A stretch of 62,721 nucleotides of DNA, counting the filler. It is 4 parts of 4 records of this genome, joined end to end, with 100 filler letters (N's around TTAATTAATTAA, not from the genome) between each part and the next. Parts side by side here need not be neighbours in the genome. Positions count along the whole stretch, not along the records: positions 28,654 to 51,693 come from SRR20825019_2311; positions 51,794 to 57,550 come from SRR20825019_2323; 2 more parts are not named here. One strand, given 5' to 3'. Both the position numbers and the translations under genes were made by a program. The first letter of the stretch is position 1. Each line of letters starts with the position of its first letter. Positions 45,293 to 54,721 of the stretch are shown here, piece after piece. The notes beneath the pieces were generated by a model. That model saw nothing but the letters and a program-made list of their open reading frames with translations. It was not told the DNA's origin and searched no databases.

Positions 45293-46050
45293 CACGACTG
45301 CCAAAAGCAGTTCTTGTTACCGGTGCTGCACGCCGTATAGGCCGCGCTATCGCACTTGACCTTGCCGCTGAAGGCTGGGCTGTCGCTGTGCACTATCATG
45401 GCTCCCCGGATGACGCCGAACAGACAATCGAGGAAATTGAGGCTTTTGATGGTAAGGCTGTTGCGGTTCAGGCGGACCTCAGCGACAGCTCCGACACCCT
45501 GTCGCTTGTGAGCAACGCCGCCGAAGCACTTGATACCCCACTGACGGCCCTCATAAACAATGCCTCTGTTTTTGAAGATGACCGACTGCAGAACTTCAAT
45601 CCAACCAGTTGGCACAACCACATGAACGTCAACTTGATGGCCCCTGCTCTCCTAAGCCAACAGTTCGCGGCCCAATTGCCTGGTAGCATACAAGGCAGCA
45701 TCGTCAACATGATCGATCAAAGAGTTCTGAAGCTGAACCCTCAGTATTTTTCCTATACTACGTCGAAAGCGGCGCTCCTGACCCTTACCAAGACCATGGC
45801 ACAAGCCCTTGCGCCTACCATTCGCGTTAACGCCATCGGACCTGGCCCAACGCTAGCTAACATGCAGCAAAGCCCTGAGGATTTTGCATCTGAGGCCGCG
45901 AATGTGCCGCTCGGCAAAGGCCCAACGCTAGATGAAATTTGCCGTACGGTGCGTTTTCTGCTTGAGACTCCTTCCATCACAGGGCAAATGATGGCGCTGG
46001 ACGGCGGCCAACACTTGGCTTGGCGCACCGCCGATATACTTGAGGACTGA
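45289..46050 (+). CDS. SDR oxidoreductase (pteridine reductase/FolM-like)
   Basis: TGAARRIG, NNAS and YTTSK motifs; adjacent to folB. Confidence 0.88.
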   Translation: MTRLPKAVLVTGAARRIGRAIALDLAAEGWAVAVHYHGSPDDAEQTIEEIEAFDGKAVAVQADLSDSSDTLSLVSNAAEALDTPLTALINNASVFEDDRLQNFNPTSWHNHMNVNLMAPALLSQQFAAQLPGSIQGSIVNMIDQRVLKLNPQYFSYTTSKAALLTLTKTMAQALAPTIRVNAIGPGPTLANMQQSPEDFASEAANVPLGKGPTLDEICRTVRFLLETPSITGQMMALDGGQHLAWRTADILED

Positions 46051-46054
46051 TGCC

Positions 46055-46483
46055 ATGGCGCACGATGATGCAACGATCAAAACCAACATCCTCCACATGC
46101 CTTATGCGGATGCCACACGTTCGGTGCGACATGTTTTTGTGCGCGACTATGAGACCGTGGCAAAAATTGGTGTATGGGACCACGAGAAAGATACGCGCCA
46201 GCGTATCCGCATCAGTGTAGACCTCTCCGTGCTTGAGGGCGGTGAGCACCACGAAGATCAACTATCAAAGGTTGTGTGCTACAACGACGTCGTAGTTGGC
46301 ATTCAAAAAATCCTCACCGAAGGCCACATAAATCTTGTCGAGACATTGGCCGAGAGAATCGCACAGATGACACTGGAGGACATCCGGGTGATCGGCACTA
46401 GGGTGAAGGTAGAGAAGCTTGAGGCCGTCGAAGGCGCTGCAAGTGTTGGTGTGGAAATCGAACGTCACAGGCACGCCCAATAA
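46055..46483 (+). CDS. folB: dihydroneopterin aldolase
   Basis: IGV..HE..Q, Y, LVETLAE, VEK and SVGVEI motifs. Confidence 0.9.
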   Translation: MAHDDATIKTNILHMPYADATRSVRHVFVRDYETVAKIGVWDHEKDTRQRIRISVDLSVLEGGEHHEDQLSKVVCYNDVVVGIQKILTEGHINLVETLAERIAQMTLEDIRVIGTRVKVEKLEAVEGAASVGVEIERHRHAQ

Positions 46484-46646
46484 GCTTAACCAATTAGTAA
46501 CAATTGGCTTTTCCCAGCGCTCGCCTCATGTTTTAACGCAAAGTTGTGCACACCGAATCAACCGCTGCCATAATGCATTTCATTAGACAAGCGGCCAAAG
46601 GACAACCTAAAAAAAATCTCACCTTGACCGCCATCAATCCTATACA

Positions 46647-46659
46647 AATCAATGACTTA
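46647..46659 (+). promoter_or_regulatory. IHF binding site
   Basis: AATCAATGACTTA is a perfect match to WATCAANNNNTTR. Confidence 0.65.
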
Positions 46660-46733
46660 GATAAATTGCTCAAAAATTGTGCAATCCGTAAAAAACCTAG
46701 TGTTACAGCGATGTTGCAATCACAACATCGAAC

Positions 46734-46768
46734 TTTCCCACAAGGTTATCCACAGGATACGTGGAAAT
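46734..46768. promoter_or_regulatory. DnaA-box triplet (DARS-core-like)
   Basis: TTTCCCACA-3bp-TTATCCACA-5bp-CGTGGAAAT; middle box perfect, third inverted. Confidence 0.65.
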
Positions 46769-46858
46769 CTTTTTTCCGAATCAATATATAAAACTGTCGC
46801 ATTGATTCTTCTGTACCAATCCGGCACAAGTTGATGATCAGAAGAAGGAATATGATCC

Positions 46859-48712
46859 GTGACCGAGGCGTCGCTCGAAAATGGTATTGCGACAATTAAA
46901 GCGCATATAAAAACTGCGCCGACGGCCCCAGGTGTGTACCGAATGCTTTCAAAGCACGGTGACGTTCTCTATGTAGGCAAAGCCAAAAGCATCAAGAAGC
47001 GCATAGTTGCCTATACGCAACCTAACCGTTTAAGCGTACGATTGATGAGAATGGTAGCCGCCACCACCTCCATGGTGTTTGTCACAACGCGCACAGAGGC
47101 TGAGGCACTTCTTCTCGAAGCATCACTCATCAAACGGTTTAAGCCACCCTTCAACGTGCTTCTGAAAGACGACAAGTCCTTCCCCTATATATTGCTGCGT
47201 GAGGATCACGAATGGGCACAGATCAGCAAACATCGCGGTGCACGGCGTCATAAAGGTCAATATTATGGGCCGTTCGCGAGCGCTTCTGCCGTAAACCGCA
47301 CGCTGAACACCTTGCAGAAGGTCTTTCAGCTTCGCTCCTGCACTGACAATACACTGGAAACACGGACACGTGCTTGCCTCCTGTATCAGATCAAGCGTTG
47401 CAGTGGGCCGTGCGTCGGGCATGTTTCAAAATCAGAATATAACGATATGGTGGCAGAGACCCGCGCGTTTCTTGAGGGGCGGACATCAGGCATCCAGAAG
47501 AAGTTTGCAACGGCCATGCAGGAGGCCAGCGACGATCTGGAGTTCGAGATCGCCGCAATATTTCGGGACAGGCTGAACGCCCTTACTCACATTCAAAGCC
47601 ATCAAACCATGGTCAATGCTATGGTCGACGAAGCAGATATCATCGCTGCAGCTGAGGTCGGAGGTCAGGTCGGCATTCAGGTCTTCTTTTTCCGGGCTGG
47701 GCAAAACTGGGGCCACCGGGCCTATTTCCCCAAACACGACAAGTCAGATGGCATCGAAGACGTATTGATGGCGTTCATAAGCCAGTTCTATGACAACAAA
47801 CCTGCCCCGCGCCTCGTCCTTCTGTCGCATGCAGTGCCTGACCAAGCTCTCCTCTCTGCGGCCCTAAGCGAGCGCATGGACCGCAAGGTGACCCTAACGG
47901 TACCCGAACGTGGCAAAAAGGCGGATGTAATGCGTGAGGCGATCCGTAACGCCAAGGAGGCGGTTGAAAGAAAGCTCGCTGAAAGCGCGAGCCAGACCAA
48001 ACTGCTTGAAGGTGTTGCCCAGCTGTTCGACATGGCCGAGCCACCCAAACGCATCGAAGTTTATGACAATAGCCATATTCAGGGCACCAACGCGGTTGGT
48101 GGCATGATTGTGGCTGGGCCAGATGGCATGATGAAAAATGCATACCGGAAATTCAACATCAAGTCGGAGGACCTCACCCCGGGGGATGACTTCGGCATGA
48201 TGCGGGAAGTGATGGAACGCCGCTTCAAACGGTTGATCAAGGAAGACGCCGACAAGGAGCGCGGCCATTGGCCGGATGTTCTCCTGATTGATGGCGGCAA
48301 AGGACAGCTCTCTTCGGTTATGGAAATTCTGCATGATCTTGGCGTAAACGACGTAACCGTTGTCGCAATTTCCAAGGGCCCAGACCGGCATGCCGGGCGG
48401 GAACAATTTCACATGCCTGACCGCGAAAGCTTTATGCTGCCGCTCACCGATCCAGTCCTCTACTATCTCCAGCGCCTTCGTGATGAAGCCCACCGGTTCG
48501 CGATCGGAAGCCACCGCGCAAAACGCGCGGGCGACATCAAAAAATCTCCACTCGACGGCGTACCGGGTATTGGGCCAAAACGGAAAAAGGCGCTCCTGCA
48601 TCATTTCGGCTCAGTAAAAGCCATCACAGGCGCTGATGTACGCGACCTAGAGGGCGTCGAAGGCATTTCTCGTGCCATGGCTCAACAAATATACGACCAT
48701 TTTCAGAGCTAA
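46859..48712 (+). CDS. uvrC: excinuclease ABC subunit C
   Basis: GIY-YIG (PGVY..LYVGKA), Cys cluster, YDNSH, DGGKGQ, RDEAHRFA and HhH motifs. Confidence 0.97.
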   Translation: MTEASLENGIATIKAHIKTAPTAPGVYRMLSKHGDVLYVGKAKSIKKRIVAYTQPNRLSVRLMRMVAATTSMVFVTTRTEAEALLLEASLIKRFKPPFNVLLKDDKSFPYILLREDHEWAQISKHRGARRHKGQYYGPFASASAVNRTLNTLQKVFQLRSCTDNTLETRTRACLLYQIKRCSGPCVGHVSKSEYNDMVAETRAFLEGRTSGIQKKFATAMQEASDDLEFEIAAIFRDRLNALTHIQSHQTMVNAMVDEADIIAAAEVGGQVGIQVFFFRAGQNWGHRAYFPKHDKSDGIEDVLMAFISQFYDNKPAPRLVLLSHAVPDQALLSAALSERMDRKVTLTVPERGKKADVMREAIRNAKEAVERKLAESASQTKLLEGVAQLFDMAEPPKRIEVYDNSHIQGTNAVGGMIVAGPDGMMKNAYRKFNIKSEDLTPGDDFGMMREVMERRFKRLIKEDADKERGHWPDVLLIDGGKGQLSSVMEILHDLGVNDVTVVAISKGPDRHAGREQFHMPDRESFMLPLTDPVLYYLQRLRDEAHRFAIGSHRAKRAGDIKKSPLDGVPGIGPKRKKALLHHFGSVKAITGADVRDLEGVEGISRAMAQQIYDHFQS

Positions 48713-48784
48713 GGCATATGGCTATGATTGACCGGGCCGCCAATTGGGTTATGGTGGCGACACAAGCATAACGAGGGTACAATC

Positions 48785-49336
48785 ATGTGGACATTGCCGA
48801 ACATTTTGACGCTGTCACGTATCCTTGTGATTCCTATTCTGGTTGCGTCCTTCTTTCTTGAACAGCCACTTGGCAGCCATGTGGCGTTTGTGACCTTCTC
48901 ACTTGCTGGCATCACCGACTTTTTTGACGGTTATCTGGCACGCGCTACTGGTTCCGTTTCAAAAATTGGCATGTTTCTCGATCCTATCGCAGACAAGCTG
49001 ATGGTAGCGGCAGTGATTGTCATGGTCGTATTCGCAGGCTGGGTGTCGGGCGTGCATGTAATAGCAGCCGTCATCATCATGTGCCGGGAACTGCTGGTAT
49101 CGGGCCTTCGCGAATTTCTTGCCGGCGCGCAGGTAAGTGTCCCTGTGTCCATGCTCGCGAAATGGAAAACAACAGTGCAGATGCTCGCACTGGGTATGCT
49201 TGTCTGGTCAAAAGGTGCTGTGGAATTTAGCCTACCTGCCCAAGAACTTGGCATCATATCGCTGTGGATTGCGGCAGTACTTACACTATACACTGGCTAT
49301 GACTATCTGCGGGCTGGCCTCAAGCACATGGTGTAG
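48785..49336 (+). CDS. pgsA: CDP-diacylglycerol--glycerol-3-phosphate 3-phosphatidyltransferase
   Basis: PNILT.SR and DFFDGYLAR..G.FLDPIADK motifs; usual position after uvrC. Confidence 0.95.
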   Translation: MWTLPNILTLSRILVIPILVASFFLEQPLGSHVAFVTFSLAGITDFFDGYLARATGSVSKIGMFLDPIADKLMVAAVIVMVVFAGWVSGVHVIAAVIIMCRELLVSGLREFLAGAQVSVPVSMLAKWKTTVQMLALGMLVWSKGAVEFSLPAQELGIISLWIAAVLTLYTGYDYLRAGLKHMV

Positions 49337-49338
49337 TC

Positions 49339-49593
49339 GTGGCGCAGATACTCTATTTCTCGTGGGTTCGTGAAACCATTGGCAAATCGGAAGAAAGCTT
49401 TAGCCTACCGCAGGGTGTTACTACGGTTTCGGCTTTGATCGACCATCTGGCAACACGGGGCGAAAATTACGCCCGCGCGTTTGCGAAACAGGACGCCATT
49501 CGCATTGCCGTCAATCAGGTCCATGTCAAACCAGACCATAACGTCACAAATTCAGATGAAATCGCCTTCTTCCCTCCTGTCACCGGAGGTTAA
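49339..49593 (+). CDS. moaD: molybdopterin synthase sulfur carrier
   Basis: LYFSWVRE and C-terminal EIAFFPPVTGG. Confidence 0.95.
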   Translation: MAQILYFSWVRETIGKSEESFSLPQGVTTVSALIDHLATRGENYARAFAKQDAIRIAVNQVHVKPDHNVTNSDEIAFFPPVTGG

Positions 49594-49594
49594 T

Positions 49595-50044
49595 ATGGCC
49601 AAGGTTTCCGTTCAACCTGAAGATTTTGACATCAATACAGAGATTGCGTCGATTAGAGGCAGCAGAACTGACATCGGCGCCATCGTCACATTCACCGGCA
49701 CAGTGCGAGATGTTGGTGGCTCACTCGCCAGCATGACACTTGAACATTATCCCGGCATGACAGAACGTGAGCTTGAGAATATCGCTAGCGAGGCTGAAAA
49801 GCGTTGGCCGCTTATGGGCTGCCGGGTCATCCACAGGTTCGGCACACTCAAGCCCGCCGACAATATCGTTCTTGTGATTACCCTAAGTGCGCATCGGCAG
49901 GCAGCTTTTGAAGCGGCAGATTTCCTGATGGACTTCCTCAAATCCCGCGCGCCTTTCTGGAAAAAGGAAGATGTGGGTACAGACGCCGTATGGGTCGACG
50001 CCAAAGAAACGGATGAAAACGCGCTCGAACGCTGGAAATCCTGA
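49595..50044 (+). CDS. moaE: molybdopterin synthase catalytic subunit
   Basis: GAIVTFTGTVR, LEHYPGM, SAHR and LKSRAPFWKKE motifs. Confidence 0.95.
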   Translation: MAKVSVQPEDFDINTEIASIRGSRTDIGAIVTFTGTVRDVGGSLASMTLEHYPGMTERELENIASEAEKRWPLMGCRVIHRFGTLKPADNIVLVITLSAHRQAAFEAADFLMDFLKSRAPFWKKEDVGTDAVWVDAKETDENALERWKS

Positions 50045-50100
50045 CTCTCTGTTGCTATCAATGGCAAACACGACCAACCGACACCCGGAGCCCCTTGTCC

Positions 50101-50430
50101 ATGAACGATGACAACGCCGTGTCACAACTCAGCGCCCTCGCTCAGGCGACACGTTTTGCGGTTTTTCGCCTGCTCATGCGTTTTGGGAAAGACGGCATGG
50201 CGGCAGGGGATATCGCCAAACAACTTGGCGTGCCACAAAATACGCTTTCCGCGCATCTGAACATATTGTCGAATGCTCATCTGATCGTTGCAAAACGAGA
50301 TGGCCGCAGCGTGATCTATTCCATCAACGTTGACAGTACACGTGACCTCATGAGCTACCTTGTTAACGATTGCTGTGATGGTCACCCGGAGATATGCTCG
50401 ATCTCTGTTGAGCAAGTAGGCTGCTCATAA
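50101..50430 (+). CDS. ArsR/SmtB family regulator (C-terminal CC..C type)
   Basis: ALAQATR..FRLL, HTH QNTLSAHL and DCCDGHPEIC. Confidence 0.9.
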   Translation: MNDDNAVSQLSALAQATRFAVFRLLMRFGKDGMAAGDIAKQLGVPQNTLSAHLNILSNAHLIVAKRDGRSVIYSINVDSTRDLMSYLVNDCCDGHPEICSISVEQVGCS

Positions 50431-50451
50431 ACGACCTCACCTGGCACGCGC

Positions 50452-50481
50452 AAAAGAAAAGCCGGGTCGAAGCCCGGCTTT
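50452..50481 (-). terminator. intrinsic terminator of ftsZ (possibly bidirectional)
   Basis: AAAGCCGGG/CCCGGCTTT stem with a long T-run on the minus strand. Confidence 0.8.
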
Positions 50482-50501
50482 AATAGTCTATACTCTAGCG
50501 C

Positions 50502-51693
50502 CTAGTTTTGCTGGCGCTTTAGAAAACTTGGAATTTCAAGCTGGTCCTTGGTCGGCTTAACCGACGCTGGACGCTCATCCGGATTCACACCGCCGAATTT
50601 TGGCTCAACCTTACCTGCGTCATTGGAAGGAACCTGACGTGCCACAGGCGCTTCTGCTTCACCGCTTCTAAGGCCTGCCGTCATCAACTGGAACAAGCTA
50701 CGCTTCTGTGGCTGCGCGTCGTCAGCGTCAGATGCTTCTTCGTCTGTGTGAGTTTGTGTTTTTGCCGGTGTGCCGCTGGCGTAAGCTGCTTCCTGGAAAG
50801 CGTTGGCTTCGCCAAGAGATGCTTGGCTCGCCTTGGGCGTCATCGGCGCGTCAGCGATAAAGGTATCATCGCCTTGAGCTGCGACCGCACGAGCCTCGAG
50901 GTCATCCTCTACAGAAGTCTCTTCGACTTCCGCACGTTCTTCTTCCCGCTCTGCATTTTCAGCTTCATTTTCAGCTTCGGTTACCTCTCTTGGTCCCTCA
51001 GCTTCTTCCGGGTCTTCAATAGCCTCCTGAAGAGAAGACAAAGCGCTCATCAGGTCATCAGCAGTATCTTCTGCCTTTGCCTCAGGTTCTGACATTTCAG
51101 CAACTGTGATGGCGTCTTCTGCTTTTGCCTGATCGGCACTTTCTTCAGCGGCGGCCAGTTTTCTTTCCGCTACAGACGGTGTTTCGATACGTTCCCGGCG
51201 TGGCATGGGCATCTGCACATTACCAGCACCACCTTCAATACCAGTCGCAACAACAGACACGCGCAGGCGGCCTTCAAGGTCCTGGTTAAATGCGGAACCG
51301 AAGACGATAAGAGCGTCAGGGTCTACCTGATCCCTCACCATATTCACCGCTTCATCAACTTCATAGAGCGTCATGTCCATGCCGCCCGTCACGTTGATGA
51401 TAACGCCTTTTGCCCCCTTAAGGGATGCTTCCTCAAGCAGCGGGTTGGAGATCGCCGCAGCAGCCGCGTCACGTGCACGCGTTTCGCCTTCTGCTTCGCC
51501 TGTGCCCATCATCGCTTTGCCCATTTCAGACATCACGGTGCGCACATCGGCGAAATCGAGGTTAATCAGGCCCGGCATTACCATCAGGTCGGTAATACCC
51601 CGCACGCCAGAGTGCAGAACTTCATCCGCCATGTTAAAGGCGTCAGCGAAGGTCGTGCGCTCATTCGCCACCCGGAACAGGTTCTGGTTCGGG
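50502..51693 (-). CDS. ftsZ: cell division protein FtsZ (5' truncated) with long acidic linker
   Basis: [29 protein letters not shown] and C-terminal [12 protein letters not shown]. Confidence 0.97.
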
Positions 51694-51793
51694 NNNNNNN
51701 NNNNNNNNNNNNNNNNNNNNNNNNNNNNNNNNNNNNNTTAATTAATTAANNNNNNNNNNNNNNNNNNNNNNNNNNNNNNNNNNNNNNNNNNNN
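51694..51793. other. artificial contig linker
   Basis: N44-TTAATTAATTAA-N44. Confidence 0.98.
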
Positions 51794-51983
51794 ACAGCGT
51801 GTGGGGCACGAAGCCGTAATTGCCGGGGTAGCGCATGGGCGTATAGAGGAAGCGGTCGACGAACAGGGCGCCCGAATCCTTGTCGATCTCATATTTGATC
51901 GGCTCGCCGCCCAGCGGCACTTCGATGATGACGTTGAGCTCGTCTGGCGGGTTCTTGCCGGTGGGGATCGCGTCGATATTCAT
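51794..51983 (-). CDS. ppa: inorganic pyrophosphatase (3' truncated)
   Basis: [24 protein letters not shown]. Confidence 0.96.
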
Positions 51984-52094
51984 AGCTGTCTACACTTGCC
52001 GAGAGGAGGGGAGGGTGTTGCGGGCAGGTTCTGCCCATAATGGCTCCCAAAGGCAAGGGACTAATCGGCCGCAGTGACCACCCGGAGCGGGGTT

Positions 52095-52544
52095 TTATTT
52101 CACGATCAGCACGGGAATGGTGGCGCGCGCCAACACTTCCGCAGCCTGGCTGCCGAGCAGCAGCCGATTGAACCCGCGCCGGCCATGCGAGCCCATGACG
52201 ATGAGGTCACAACCCCTCTCTGCCGCGGTTTCGAGAATGCCATCGGCCGGACGGTGACGCGGCAGGTGCAGGGTTTCGGCGGCAATGCCGGCCTCCTGGG
52301 CCTTGTGGCGGGCGGCGGCGAGCAGATTGGCGGCCTCGGTGGCATAGGCTTCTTCGAGCCGCGCCAGAATGGGGCCGGCGTCAATGGTGCCGAAACCGCC
52401 CGAGCCAATGCCGGTGGCGACCGGGTCGGTGGCGGTGAGAATGGTCAGGCCGGCGCCGTTCTGCCGGGCCAAGTCAAGAGCAGCGTCCAGCGCCTTGTCG
52501 CCAAGGTCGGACCCATCGGTCGCGATCAGCAGGTTCTTGTACAT
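52095..52544 (-). CDS. universal stress protein
   Basis: IATDGS and DLIVMGSHGRRG..LLGS..V motifs. Confidence 0.94.
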   Translation of the reverse strand: MYKNLLIATDGSDLGDKALDAALDLARQNGAGLTILTATDPVATGIGSGGFGTIDAGPILARLEEAYATEAANLLAAARHKAQEAGIAAETLHLPRHRPADGILETAAERGCDLIVMGSHGRRGFNRLLLGSQAAEVLARATIPVLIVK

Positions 52545-52594
52545 GATGCCGTCTCCTTGTCCTGTTCTTGTAGCAGGGTCATCATGGTGGTGAC

Positions 52595-52608
52595 TTGATT
52601 TCGATCAC
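52595..52608. promoter_or_regulatory. FNR/FixK-type box upstream of usp
   Basis: TTGAT-TTCG-ATCAC, one mismatch to TTGAT-N4-ATCAA, 51-64 bp upstream of the ATG. Confidence 0.6.
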
Positions 52609-52640
52609 GCCCAGATATTTTCAACGAGGAGATTAGCTCA

Positions 52641-53210
52641 ATGGCCCAGCCTGTCATCCGCAATATTGTCCTGCCGGCCTTGCTGGCCGCGCTGACCGTG
52701 TCGCCGGCCCTGGCGCAGTCGGGGTTCACCAGCGCCTATACCGATCTCAACCTGGATGATTGCCTGATCCTGGAGGCCGATGATTTCGGCGCGAGCTGGG
52801 CCTGTCCGGGCTATAAGGGTTTTCCGCTGATGGTGCGCGAGGGCGATCTGAGGTTCTCGCTCAGCTATGGTTTTGAGCCCGATCAGAACAGCGCCGGGTT
52901 CCAGACCCTGCCGCCGTTCAACTATCTGGGCGCAAAGCTGGAGTGGCGGTTGTCCAATGCCATGGGCCGCTGGTTCCCCATCGCCACCATCGTGCGCTAC
53001 CACACGGCCCATCCCGAAACCGGCGAGGATCATGGCCAGGTGCTGGTGGTCAGCCAGATCGCAGAGGGTAATAGCTGCCACATCGCCTATGTCGATGCGC
53101 TCGCCAACGCCGATGCCAATGAGCTGGCGCGTCAAGCCGCCGACAAGGCCGGCGATTTTAACTGCATGACCGATGAAGTGGAGGTCATCGGGGCGTTCGA
53201 GGCCTATTAG
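52641..53210 (+). CDS. exported hypothetical protein
   Basis: Signal peptide ending PALAQ; 4 Cys; strong GC3 codon bias. Confidence 0.75.
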   Translation: MAQPVIRNIVLPALLAALTVSPALAQSGFTSAYTDLNLDDCLILEADDFGASWACPGYKGFPLMVREGDLRFSLSYGFEPDQNSAGFQTLPPFNYLGAKLEWRLSNAMGRWFPIATIVRYHTAHPETGEDHGQVLVVSQIAEGNSCHIAYVDALANADANELARQAADKAGDFNCMTDEVEVIGAFEAY

Positions 53211-53221
53211 GCCCGGGCGCC

Positions 53222-53677
53222 TCAGCCTTCCTCGGCGGCATCGGCGGTTTTGCCGCGGATCTGGTTGCGCAGAATGGTGCGGTCACGGCTGGAGACACCG
53301 ATCAGCTCGGCAATGCGCCAGACCATATTGTCTTCCAGCTCGTGGTTCTGCCGGTCGGCAAACACCACGGTCCACATCATGCGGATGATCTCGATGCGAT
53401 CATCCATGTCGAGCTGGGTCAGGCCGCTGGTGAATTTGTAGAAGTCCACGGCTTCGGCATCGCGCTTCTGGGCTTCGCGCACCAGCTTGTCGACGGCCGC
53501 TTCATCAAGATCGTAGTGATCCATCAGGGCGCCGCGAATGGCCGCGCGCTCATCGTCGTGAATGGAACCATCGACAGCGGCCAGATGCACCAGCAGGGCC
53601 GCAACGGCCAGCTTGGGATCGTGCAGATCGGCAGGCGCTTCGGGCTTTGCGAACAGACGGGTCAGGGCCTCGAACAT
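53222..53677 (-). CDS. TerB-family (tellurite resistance-like) protein
   Basis: ALLVHLAAVDG..ER, VVFAD..ELEDN.VWRIAELIGV. Confidence 0.85.
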   Translation of the reverse strand: MFEALTRLFAKPEAPADLHDPKLAVAALLVHLAAVDGSIHDDERAAIRGALMDHYDLDEAAVDKLVREAQKRDAEAVDFYKFTSGLTQLDMDDRIEIIRMMWTVVFADRQNHELEDNMVWRIAELIGVSSRDRTILRNQIRGKTADAAEEG

Positions 53678-53879
53678 GGCGGTCAGCCTTCCTCGGGGGG
53701 GCGTGGACAAAAGCGGGTTGCTGCGCGCCGGGAGGCGGACAGACTGAGACTTAGCCATATGTGGTGCGGGCTCAATGGGGTTGTGGGCGCCCTCACGCGG
53801 TCTTGACCGGGATGATGCAGTCCCGCCACACCCGGGAGAGCAAAAGGGACTCGACTCTGGAAAGATTCGGAGTCTAAAT

Positions 53880-53894
53880 GTTCCTGTTTTGTTC
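53880..53894 (+). promoter_or_regulatory. alphaproteobacterial LexA (SOS) box
   Basis: GTTC-CTGTTTT-GTTC (GTTC-N7-GTTC), 17 bp before the imuA ATG. Confidence 0.88.
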
Positions 53895-53911
53895 GTATAG
53901 CCCATAGCATC

Positions 53912-54721
53912 ATGCAGACCCAGAACCGCCAACAGCGCCTTGCCGCGCTGCGGGACACCATTGCCAATATCGAGCGCAAGCCGGCCCTGGCCGAGATGCG
54001 GGCGCACACCTTTGAGGGGGCTGCGGGCGATTTTCCGCGCCTGCCGGGTGGGTTGCTGCAGGATGTGTGTACCGATGCGGTGCGCAATGGCGGGGCGAGC
54101 CTGGGATTTGCGCTGGGGCAGGTCCGCACCCTGTTCACCCCGAAGCGGCTGGCGGTGCTCTATCTGCAGCTTGCCGCGGATGCGCAGTTCTTCGGCCTGC
54201 CCTATGGGCCGGGGCTGTCGTCCTTCGGGCTGGATCCGGCCCAGCTTGTCATCGTGCGGGCCAGTGACATGCAGGACCTGCTCTGGGTGGCCGAGGAGGC
54301 GCTGGCCTGCCGGGCGGTTGCCGGCATTGTGGCCGATATTGGCGGGGCGCCCGAGCTGCTCGATTTCACCGCCAGCAGGCGCCTCAGCCTGCGCACGGTG
54401 GAAAGCGGCACGTCGCTGTTCCTGTTGCGCTATGGCGCGGACAGGCCGGCCAGTGCGGCGCATCTGCGCTGGCATCTGGCGCCGCATGGGTCGGGGCGCA
54501 AGCCGTTTGACGACCGGGCGCCCGGACCGGCCCGCTGGGGCCTCACACTCGAAAGGGGCAATACCGGCCAAAGCACACGTGAATGGATATTGGAGTGGAC
54601 AGGAAATGCGTTCAAATCCCTCCCGGACCGGACTGAGAAGACCCGCCAGCATCCTCCCGGACCGCCGGTTTCTCTGCCTTTACCTGCCCTATTGGGCAAC
54701 CCAATATCTCAAACGGGCTGA
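53912..54721 (+). CDS. imuA: ImuA (RecA/SulA-like accessory protein)
   Basis: PYGPGL..FGLDP, DLLWVAEEAL and TASRRL motifs; first gene of the cassette. Confidence 0.9.
   Translation: MQTQNRQQRLAALRDTIANIERKPALAEMRAHTFEGAAGDFPRLPGGLLQDVCTDAVRNGGASLGFALGQVRTLFTPKRLAVLYLQLAADAQFFGLPYGPGLSSFGLDPAQLVIVRASDMQDLLWVAEEALACRAVAGIVADIGGAPELLDFTASRRLSLRTVESGTSLFLLRYGADRPASAAHLRWHLAPHGSGRKPFDDRAPGPARWGLTLERGNTGQSTREWILEWTGNAFKSLPDRTEKTRQHPPGPPVSLPLPALLGNPISQTG

Noticed and set aside
53678-54652. 476-aa ORF suggesting an N-terminally extended TerB, and the 781-aa ImuB ORF starting at 53940
   Set aside because: The extensions overlap imuA (antisense or alternate frame) and are GC-driven open frames; the real proteins start near 53677 and 54606
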